From Candidatus Iainarchaeum sp. (lineage in GTDB: Archaea; Iainarchaeota; Iainarchaeia; Iainarchaeales; JAXPJC01): DNA of 64,000 nucleotides. The translations under genes were made by a program, and so were the position numbers. Positions within the stretch are counted from its first letter, which is position 1. Each line of letters begins with the position of its first letter. The stretch lies in the NCBI GenBank assembly GCA_016187745.1, contig JACPJC010000009.1, positions 1,118 through 65,117 of the forward strand, written 5' to 3'. Shown here piece after piece: positions 56,933 through 64,000 of the stretch. The notes beneath the pieces are model-generated. The model ran no database searches. It saw nothing but the letters and a program-made list of their open reading frames with translations, and was not told where the DNA came from.

Positions 56933-57772
56933 ATGACAACTAAAAATTCGCTTTTGTTAATAATGAAGCAGAATCCCGGAGCGGATTATATCTCCCTGCT
57001 TAACAAAACCTCCCAAAATTATGGAAGCATTAATTCAGCGCGCGCAGCGCTTTCCCGCGCACTGAAGGATTTGAGCGCTTTTGGGTTTGTTGAAAGGCGC
57101 AACTCTGCGTTCTTCCTTACGGAAAAGGGCAATCTGGAGATTAACACGCAGATGAAAAGCAAGCTCTTGTTAAGGCTTAATGAAAGCATCAAATCGCGCA
57201 ACAGCCTTGAGGAGATTGACACTATAGTGAAGCATTTGCACACCCTCATAGAAAGAAGCAAGGCCGATGCCGATTTATTGAAAGCCGCGAGGAACAGCGC
57301 TGATTTTTACATAGCGGAACTGCATGATTTGCTGTTAAAATTGCAGTCAAAAACCGAGCATTTCTCCTATCTCCAGAAGGTGCTTGCAGAGCAGCTGGAA
57401 ACGCTCAAGCAGTTCAATTTCAATGACTCCTGCAGGCTGGATTTCAATGAGGAGAACTTCTCAAAAAGCATTGAATTCTCAAAATCCCAGTCAACGGACA
57501 GCTTTGTTGTTGAAACAAGGAATTCCCAACTGCTCGAGAGCATTGCAAATGCAACTTCCACGAAGCCGAATGCGAATAATCTGCTCCTCCCAATTGCTGA
57601 ATTTAAAAGGGTTTCTGATATAATAAAACAAAGCCTGTCCTCGCAGTCAATACAGCAGGAAGCGGTTGCGCTGCATTTCGGCGCAGCGAAAATTGAATTC
57701 CTCCTGCCAAATATAATAATTTACGGGCCTTATGCGACAATCAATGAATTTGCAGGGAGCTTGAAAAAATGA
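56933..57772 (+). CDS. Hypothetical protein with N-terminal winged-helix-like region
   Basis: N-terminal ~70 aa resemble a wHTH (ALSRALKDLSAFGFVERRNSAFFLTEKG); remainder helical, no motifs. Confidence 0.3.
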   Translation: MTTKNSLLLIMKQNPGADYISLLNKTSQNYGSINSARAALSRALKDLSAFGFVERRNSAFFLTEKGNLEINTQMKSKLLLRLNESIKSRNSLEEIDTIVKHLHTLIERSKADADLLKAARNSADFYIAELHDLLLKLQSKTEHFSYLQKVLAEQLETLKQFNFNDSCRLDFNEENFSKSIEFSKSQSTDSFVVETRNSQLLESIANATSTKPNANNLLLPIAEFKRVSDIIKQSLSSQSIQQEAVALHFGAAKIEFLLPNIIIYGPYATINEFAGSLKK

Positions 57773-58899
57773 GGGTGCTGATGATTGCAGGCAATTCCAA
57801 GGCTTCAGGAATTTTCACATACACTGCGGCCATTACAGAAGGCCTGCGCAAAAAGGGAATTGAAGTTGAGCTGAACAGCGCAAACGGCAGGAAATGCGAT
57901 TTGATACATGTGCAGAACTGCAGCCCGGAGAAATTCCTTCCAGCAATAGTGCAGAATTTCGGCACTCCGATAATAACAACAACCCAGATGACAGAAAGGG
58001 AGCTTGCCGGGCTTGTGCCAAATGCGCTTGCAAGGAGCGCAAGGCACTATCTGAATTTCGTTTACCGCTGCTCAGACAAAATAATCTGCTGCTCCGAGGC
58101 GGTTAAAAATGAGCTTGAGCCTAAGGCGCATATTTCGCACAAGCTGCTCTATCTCCCCCATCCTGTTGATTTGGAGCGCTTCCATCCCGATGAGAAGCTG
58201 GGCGCGGAATTCAGGAAAAAATATGCGATTCCAAAAAACAGGAAAATTGTCCTTTGCGTTGCAACTCTCCAGCAGAGAAAGGGCATATTTGAGTTCTGCA
58301 GGCTTGCAAAAATCCTTCCGCAGTATCAGTTTGTATGGGTCGGGAACATTCCGCAGGTATTTACGCTGAAGCGCAAGGAGGAAATTGAGAGCATGATGGC
58401 GGATAAAAAATCATGCGTATTGTTTACCGGCTTCCTTTCAGGGAAGGAGCTTCTTTCCGCCCTCAACTCCGCAGACCTCTTCCTTTTCCCAAGCCTTTCA
58501 GAAACCTTCGGGCTTGCAATAATCGAGGCAGCTGCCTGCGGCCTTCCTGTTCTGCTTAGGGACCTTCCGGTTTTCAGGATGTTTGAATTCGCTGAAAAAT
58601 TCAGCAATGAGGGGGAAATGCTGAAAAAGACGGTTAAAATCCTTGAGGATTCCCGCTTGAATAAAATGCTCAGGAAGAAATCCCTGCGCTGCGCTGAAAA
58701 ATTCAGCCTTGAAAACCACGCGGAAAGGCTGATTGGGATATACAGGCAGACGCTTTCGCAGAAAAGGCCAGTGTTCGGGATTTACTTCGACTTGTGGATG
58801 AGGAATATGGATGAATTAAGGGCAAGGATTTCTGACAGCAGGCAGCAGTTCAGCACTTATATTGAAAAAATGGATTCTTATTTCAGGGATGTGAAATGA
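57769..58899 (+). CDS. Glycosyltransferase family 4 (GT-B)
   Basis: EX7E motif region FLFPSLSETFGLAIIEAAACGLPVL. Confidence 0.75.
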   Translation: MRVLMIAGNSKASGIFTYTAAITEGLRKKGIEVELNSANGRKCDLIHVQNCSPEKFLPAIVQNFGTPIITTTQMTERELAGLVPNALARSARHYLNFVYRCSDKIICCSEAVKNELEPKAHISHKLLYLPHPVDLERFHPDEKLGAEFRKKYAIPKNRKIVLCVATLQQRKGIFEFCRLAKILPQYQFVWVGNIPQVFTLKRKEEIESMMADKKSCVLFTGFLSGKELLSALNSADLFLFPSLSETFGLAIIEAAACGLPVLLRDLPVFRMFEFAEKFSNEGEMLKKTVKILEDSRLNKMLRKKSLRCAEKFSLENHAERLIGIYRQTLSQKRPVFGIYFDLWMRNMDELRARISDSRQQFSTYIEKMDSYFRDVK

Positions 58900-59627
58900 G
58901 CTCGGCAATAAATAAGCGGCTTTGGAAAGGGGGAAGGTTCAGCAACTCCTATTATGCATACGCCGCAAGCAGAATTAAAAAAATACTCGCCCTTCTTCCT
59001 GAAAAGGGGAAGCTCCTTGATGTGGGCTGCGGCGACGGGGCAATAGCGCTGCTTGCAAAGCGGAAGGGTTTGGATGCGTATGGAATTGACATATCGGCAA
59101 ACAACATTGCGCGCGCAAAACTTAACGGAATTTCCGCAAAAACCTGCGACCTGAATTCCGGGAAAATTCCATTCCCCGCAAATATGTTTGATGCAGTTTA
59201 TTGCGGGGAAGTGCTGGAGCACACAGATTCCCCTGAAAGGGTAATAAGGGAAATAAGGCGCATCCTCAAGCGCAACGCGCTTCTTGTTGTTACTGTTCCA
59301 AATATTGCCGCATGGTACAACCGCATTCTCCTGCTTGCGGGATTTGTCCCCCATTGGGTGGAAGCCGGGAGCGAAAAGGCATATGGAACCCCCTTCGGGG
59401 TTATTTCCGGCCATACAAAGGCATTTACGAAGAGCGCAATTTCAGAGCTCATTTCCAGGAACGGCTTTGCAATTGAATCAGTGCAGGGCTCTGCAATAAA
59501 TCCCGAGCCGCACGCAACAAACCGCCCGGAGAAAGTCGGCTCAAAGCTGCTCTATGCCGCGGACAGGGCATTTTCCATCTATGCGCCGCTCTCGTCAAAT
59601 ATAATAATTGAAGCGAGGAAGAAATAA
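58896..59627 (+). CDS. Class I SAM-dependent methyltransferase
   Basis: LLDVGCGDGAIALLAKRKG (motif I) ... LKRNALLVVTVPN. Confidence 0.7.
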   Translation: MSSAINKRLWKGGRFSNSYYAYAASRIKKILALLPEKGKLLDVGCGDGAIALLAKRKGLDAYGIDISANNIARAKLNGISAKTCDLNSGKIPFPANMFDAVYCGEVLEHTDSPERVIREIRRILKRNALLVVTVPNIAAWYNRILLLAGFVPHWVEAGSEKAYGTPFGVISGHTKAFTKSAISELISRNGFAIESVQGSAINPEPHATNRPEKVGSKLLYAADRAFSIYAPLSSNIIIEARKK

Positions 59628-59640
59628 TCGGAGGGAAAAG

Positions 59641-60561
59641 ATGAAAATAAGCATTATCGGTTCAGGGAATGTCGGGGCAACAGCCGCATGGCATCTTCTG
59701 CAGAAGGATTTTTCGGACATTGCAATTACGGATGTTGTTGCAGGGATTGCGGAGGGAAAGGCCCTTGATATGTCGCATGCGGCCGCACTTCTGGGATTAA
59801 AGCACAAAATTTCCGGCACTTCGGACATGTCCAGAATAAAAGATTCAGATATTGTTGTTATTACTGCAGGCCTTGCTCGCAAGCCTGGCATGACGCGCCT
59901 TGACCTCCTGCAGAAGAATGCGGAAATAGTGAAGGGAATCTGTGCAAGCATAAAAGAAAATGCCCCAAATTCAATTGTCATTGTTGTTACAAACCCGCTG
60001 GACATAATGACCTATTTGGCATTGAAAATTACAGGCTTCAGCGCAAAAAAAGTATTCGGCATGGCAGGGGTTCTGGATACCGCGCGCTTCAGGCACTACG
60101 CTTCAATTGCTTCAGACACGCCCTCTGATAAGATTGAAACAAACGTTCTCGGAAGCCATGGCGATTTGATGCTTCCGCTCCTTAATTATACAAAAATAAA
60201 CGGCAAGCCGATTTCCTCGGTCCTTTCCAAGGAGAAAATTGATGAGATTGTGGATAAAACGCGCAATGCGGGCGCGGAAGTTGTTGCGCTCCTCCAGACA
60301 GGCTCCGCATACTATGCGCCCGCCGCTTCCATTGCTGAAATGGCTGAGGCGATTGCAAGGGATTCAAAAAAGGCGCTTCCCACATGCGCATATCTGAATG
60401 GGGAATATGGGCTGAGCGATTTGTGCATCGGAGTTCCATGCGTTCTCGGAAAAGGCGGAATTGAAAAGATTGTTGAGCTTGAATTAAGCGCAGAGGAAAA
60501 ATCAATTATGCGCAAATGCGCCGAGGAAATAAAGCAGGGGATAAAAGAGCTGAATTTATGA
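59641..60561 (+). CDS. mdh: Malate dehydrogenase (LDH-like MDH family)
   Basis: MKISIIGSGNVGATAA, GLARKPGMTRLDL (Arg at substrate-specificity position), VVTNPLD, GSHGD. Confidence 0.85.
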   Translation: MKISIIGSGNVGATAAWHLLQKDFSDIAITDVVAGIAEGKALDMSHAAALLGLKHKISGTSDMSRIKDSDIVVITAGLARKPGMTRLDLLQKNAEIVKGICASIKENAPNSIVIVVTNPLDIMTYLALKITGFSAKKVFGMAGVLDTARFRHYASIASDTPSDKIETNVLGSHGDLMLPLLNYTKINGKPISSVLSKEKIDEIVDKTRNAGAEVVALLQTGSAYYAPAASIAEMAEAIARDSKKALPTCAYLNGEYGLSDLCIGVPCVLGKGGIEKIVELELSAEEKSIMRKCAEEIKQGIKELNL

Positions 60562-61085
60562 CAACGGAGTTTGAAACAAAGGTATTGGACATTGATGTTG
60601 CAGAGATTGAAAGAAAGCTGCTTGCCCTTGGCGCAAAAAGAGAGCCGGAAGTCCTGATGAAAAGATGGATTTTTGACATCGACCCTTCAAAGGATGAATG
60701 GATAAGATTGCGCGACAACGGGCACAAGACAACAATTACCTATAAGTGCAAAAGCGGCTCTGGAATTTCTGAAACAGAGGAAATGGAAGTGGAAGTAGGC
60801 AATTTTGAAAAGGCCGCGGAAATTCTCTCAAAATTGGAATTCAAAGGGAAATATTACCAGGAAAGCAAGAGAGTTCTCTTCAAATTCCGAGATATTGAAT
60901 TTACAATTGATACATGGCCGAAACTTCCTTCTTATTTGGAAATAGAATCGTCAAGCGAAGAGAGGGTAAAAGAAGGCCTGACTATGCTAAAGCTGCAAAA
61001 CAAAGATGTTGGCAATTTATCCATCAAGGGCATATACTCCAGATACGGGATAGACCTGCATTCGTTCAAAAGCATTAAATTCTGA
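60558..61085 (+). CDS. CYTH-domain protein (CyaB/ThTPase-like triphosphate tunnel metalloenzyme)
   Basis: N-terminal EFETKVL (ExExK CYTH signature); ATGA overlap with mdh stop. Confidence 0.6.
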   Translation: MTTEFETKVLDIDVAEIERKLLALGAKREPEVLMKRWIFDIDPSKDEWIRLRDNGHKTTITYKCKSGSGISETEEMEVEVGNFEKAAEILSKLEFKGKYYQESKRVLFKFRDIEFTIDTWPKLPSYLEIESSSEERVKEGLTMLKLQNKDVGNLSIKGIYSRYGIDLHSFKSIKF

Positions 61086-61092
61086 ATATAAT

Positions 61093-61164
61093 TGCGTCCG
61101 CGGGGATTCGAACCCCGGTCATAAGCTTGGGAAGCTCATATCCTAACCACTAGACTACGGACGC
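61093..61164 (-). tRNA. tRNA-Gly (anticodon CCC)
   Basis: Reverse complement GCGTCCGTAGTCTAGTGGTTAGGATATGAGCTTCCCAAGCTTATGACCGGGGTTCGAATCCCCGCGGACGCA folds as a cloverleaf: 7-bp acceptor stem, anticodon stem UGAGC/GCUUA with loop UUCCCAA, T-arm CGGGG-UUCGAAU-CCCCG. Confidence 0.8.
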
Positions 61165-61196
61165 AATATACAAATAATATTGCTGATAGTTTTAAA

Positions 61197-61616
61197 TTAC
61201 TGCTTTTGCTTCTCTATTATTTGCTGCAGAGTTTGCTTGGCTTCGGAAACAATCAGCGGCTCTTTTATTGCATCTGGAAATTTCACTATAATACAATCAG
61301 GCAACTTGCCTTTCAGAATAAAAATAATGCTTCTGCTGGAGCCCATGAACAGAACATTCTTGTTTTTGTATTGCAGAACAGTAATTGGCGCAGGCAGAAC
61401 ATCCCGATATTTCTGCTTCATTATCCTTTTTGCATTTTCCAAATTGCATTCCTCAGAAGCAGCAACAAAAATCTCAGAAGGGTTGAGATTTTTTCGAGTT
61501 ATGGAAACATCCTTCGGCTTAAGTCCATACATGTTGAGAATTGTGTGAATTGATTTTCTCACCCTCTCTTTATCAATTTTCACATCCTTCAGCAATTTGT
61601 CAATTTCTGCAATCAT
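61197..61616 (-). CDS. Hypothetical protein
   Basis: 139-aa ORF with no recognised motifs. Confidence 0.3.
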   Translation of the reverse strand: MIAEIDKLLKDVKIDKERVRKSIHTILNMYGLKPKDVSITRKNLNPSEIFVAASEECNLENAKRIMKQKYRDVLPAPITVLQYKNKNVLFMGSSRSIIFILKGKLPDCIIVKFPDAIKEPLIVSEAKQTLQQIIEKQKQ

Positions 61617-61618
61617 GC

Positions 61619-62803
61619 TTATAATTCCTTTACAACTTTTGCAATTCTCTCCATTCCCTTCTCAATGTCCTGCATGCTGCTTGCGTATGAGAAGCGCACG
61701 TGCCTGCTGCTTCCGAATGCCTCTCCAGGGACAACAGCAACATTTGCCTTCTCAAGCAGGAAAAGCGCAAAATCATTCGCGCTCCTTATTCTTTCACTGA
61801 ATATTCCGCTCACATCCGGGAACGCATAGAATGCGCCCTCAGGCATGCTGCAGTTTATCCCCTGAATTTCATTCAGCAATTCCACAATTGTTTTCCTTCT
61901 TTTATCAAATTCATTTACCATATGCGCAACAGAATCCTGATTTTCTGTAAGTGCGGCAACCGCGGCTTTCTGCGCAATGCTGTTCGGAGCGCTTGTAGTT
62001 TGCCCCTGGATGTTTGCGAGCGCCTTTGCGATTTCAGCCTCGCATGCACAATAGCCGATTCTCCAGCCAGTCATTGCATATGTTTTGGAAACCGCATTTA
62101 TTGTGATTGTGAGCTTTTTTATTTCATCATTGAATGAGGCAATGCTGCAATGCCTTGCGCCATCGTAAATGAATTTTTCATAAACCTCATCCGAAATTAC
62201 ATATAAGTTATGCGCAACCGCAAGCTCAGCAATTTTTTTAAGCTCGCTTTCATCAATTATTGCGCCTGAAGGATTGCATGGGGAGTTAAGCAAAATTGCC
62301 TTTGTTTTATCTGTTATTGCCTCTTCAACGGCATCCGCGCGCAGTTTGAATTTTTTGTCGGTTGGAATGATTTTTGCATTTGCGCCGCACAATCCGGCCA
62401 TTTCCAAGTAGCTTACCCAATACGGGCTTGCAATTATTATCTCATCATGCGCATTAAGCAAGGCAAGCATTGAATTATACAGAACCTGCTTCGCGCCATT
62501 GCAAATTACAATATTCTCTTTCGCATAATGCAAATTATTATCGCGCGCAAATTTAGCGCATATTGCTTCCCTCAGTTCGGGGATTCCTGCATCAGGGGTG
62601 TATTTTGTGAAGCCCGCATCAATCGCTTTCTTTGCCGCCTCTTTTATGTTTGAAGGCGTGTCAAAATCAGGCTCCCCAATTCCAAAGGCAATTACATCAA
62701 TGCCCTGTTTCTTGAGCTCCTGCACTTTTGCATTCACTGCAAGCGTGGCGCTCGGCTTTATGTTTTTCGCTTTTTCAGAAATCATAAATAAACAGCCCTG
62801 CAA
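61619..62803 (-). CDS. Pyridoxal-phosphate-dependent aminotransferase, class I (aspartate aminotransferase-like)
   Basis: ~390 aa with class I aminotransferase pattern (NPSGA, SKTYAMTGWRIGY with PLP-lysine). Confidence 0.8.
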   Translation of the reverse strand: MQGCLFMISEKAKNIKPSATLAVNAKVQELKKQGIDVIAFGIGEPDFDTPSNIKEAAKKAIDAGFTKYTPDAGIPELREAICAKFARDNNLHYAKENIVICNGAKQVLYNSMLALLNAHDEIIIASPYWVSYLEMAGLCGANAKIIPTDKKFKLRADAVEEAITDKTKAILLNSPCNPSGAIIDESELKKIAELAVAHNLYVISDEVYEKFIYDGARHCSIASFNDEIKKLTITINAVSKTYAMTGWRIGYCACEAEIAKALANIQGQTTSAPNSIAQKAAVAALTENQDSVAHMVNEFDKRRKTIVELLNEIQGINCSMPEGAFYAFPDVSGIFSERIRSANDFALFLLEKANVAVVPGEAFGSSRHVRFSYASSMQDIEKGMERIAKVVKEL

Positions 62804-62816
62804 AACCCTTTTATTC

Positions 62817-63953
62817 TTACCTTACCCTATGTATGAAGAATTCCTCGTTCGCATAAATTTTGTCCAGCGCATCAAATTCGAGGGGCTCATGCAGATAGCG
62901 CGTTTCAATAACATTCTCATTTAGCCATTTTGCGGGCGCAAAAATATAATCAATCCCGTATTTTTCCAATATTGAGTAATCCTTTGTGCGCAGGAAGCGC
63001 GCCGCATCATCGAGCTTCTCCTGCGGGGCGTATTCCACTGCAAGGTCCGCAAGGACTTTCCTCCTGCCGAAATATGTAATTGTATGCCCCAGCTGCTGGT
63101 CGGAAAGCACACTTGAGTCCTGCGCTGTGAATTCCGCAAGGAAGCCTGCTGCATTTGTTGCCTGTATCGGAGCTGAAAAGCCAGCAATAACAATAAGCGC
63201 GACTGCAATGCCAAGGGCAAACAATGCGCACAAGGCGCGCTGGGTGAATATTTCCTTTAATTTATCTTCAGGGAAGATTTCAGCAAGGAATGATGCGAAT
63301 AGAATTGCTGTAATTATGTTGAAGCGGTAGCTTATGAACAACTCTATAAGCACGCCAATTACAACAGCAATTGCGAGTTTTTTTGAGTATGCATTAAGTG
63401 CTAATTGCTTTTTTATTGCATCCGGCGCAAAGAACAGCAGGAAAAACACAATCAATGCAAGCAGGTCAATCAAAATCCCATACAATGGCATTCCCGTAAG
63501 ATATCCCCATTTCTCTGGCCTTGCCTGGGAGGGAATGCCTGCATTGAGCAGCACAGGGGCGAATAATGCAAGGGCAAATGCGCAGGCAATGGCAAATGAT
63601 TTTGCAAGCGCCCTTATCCGCGGCTTGCTGCAGACCATCCAATAGGCGAGCGGGAACATGATTAATAAGGGAGTCTGCACAAATGCTGCAAATCCTATCA
63701 GGATGCCGGGGAGTGCAAACCCCCTGTTTTTAATGAGCATTCCAATTCCGAGCAAGAATAATGCATATGAGAAAACATGCCTGACATTGAACATCAGGTC
63801 TGCCAGCATGAAGGCCGCGAAGCATGTCAGGATGAATGCGAGGATGCGCTTGTTGCGCTGCGGGAAGATTGCGGAGAAAAAGAAAAGCGCCGAAATAAGG
63901 AAGAATATTTTTGCAAATGCCGAGAGCAGGGCAAAATTCCCCGCGCCTTCCAA
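62817..63953 (-). CDS. Hypothetical polytopic membrane protein with C-terminal soluble domain
   Basis: 378 aa, ~9-10 TM helices then ~110-aa hydrophilic C-terminus. Confidence 0.35.
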   Translation of the reverse strand: MEGAGNFALLSAFAKIFFLISALFFFSAIFPQRNKRILAFILTCFAAFMLADLMFNVRHVFSYALFLLGIGMLIKNRGFALPGILIGFAAFVQTPLLIMFPLAYWMVCSKPRIRALAKSFAIACAFALALFAPVLLNAGIPSQARPEKWGYLTGMPLYGILIDLLALIVFFLLFFAPDAIKKQLALNAYSKKLAIAVVIGVLIELFISYRFNIITAILFASFLAEIFPEDKLKEIFTQRALCALFALGIAVALIVIAGFSAPIQATNAAGFLAEFTAQDSSVLSDQQLGHTITYFGRRKVLADLAVEYAPQEKLDDAARFLRTKDYSILEKYGIDYIFAPAKWLNENVIETRYLHEPLEFDALDKIYANEEFFIHRVR

Positions 63954-64000
63954 CCCTGTGAGGAATGAAAACCCTGAATTGATAAAAAAGTAGCCGGACA

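Overview
This 64 kb window looks like part of an archaeal chromosome, probably from an uncultivated lineage. The conserved gene order ftsZ-secE-spt5/nusG-rpl11-rpl1-rpl10(P0)-rpl12(P1) is typical of Euryarchaeota-like archaea. Other archaeal hallmarks are TBP, RNA polymerase subunit Rpo4/F, ribosomal proteins L21e and L44e, a stand-alone 5S rRNA, a tRNA-Gly(CCC), KsgA, an SMC-like ATPase, and an AMP phosphorylase with an eIF-2B-like ribose-1,5-bisphosphate isomerase. About 98% of the sequence is coding.

Main blocks:
- 1..17.3 kb: a minus-strand cell-surface glycosylation locus. It encodes nucleotide-sugar enzymes (WbpA/WbpB/WbpD-like, RmlA/RmlB-like), GT2 glycosyltransferases, a SAM methyltransferase and a B12-binding radical SAM enzyme. 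It also encodes three lipobox proteins with a shared 4-Cys module and GH5-like domains, and the N-glycosylation core Alg13/Alg14-like, AglH/Alg7-like GlcNAc-1-P transferase and AglB/STT3 oligosaccharyltransferase.
- 17.4..26.2 kb: a lipoprotein HExxH metallopeptidase, 5S rRNA, TBP, L21e-Rpo4-DUF655, LemA-HtpX, KsgA, AMP phosphorylase, and a convergent PIN/RHH pair.
- 26.2..32.6 kb: an eight-gene pyrimidine operon, pyrB-pyrI-pyrD-pyrK-[unknown]-pyrC-pyrE-pyrF.
- 32.7..39.1 kb: a 2150-aa surface protein built from LamG/PKD/CARDB-like domains and acidic Cys repeats.
- 39.2..45.3 kb: a GNAT remnant, an R15P isomerase-like gene, ftsZ and the secE-spt5-rpl cluster, which carries an AT-rich 83-aa inserted ORF.
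- 45.3..49.8 kb: a TrmB-like regulator next to a divergent radical SAM/SPASM gene, followed by three 26-bp iterons and a membrane-anchored Lon(S16)-domain protein that appears to be extracytoplasmic.
- 49.8..64 kb: an SMC-like gene, a second radical SAM/SPASM gene, GT4, a methyltransferase, mdh, a CYTH domain protein, tRNA-Gly, an aminotransferase and membrane proteins.

All calls come from reading the translations and sequence by eye. No database searches were possible, so product names are motif-level inferences.
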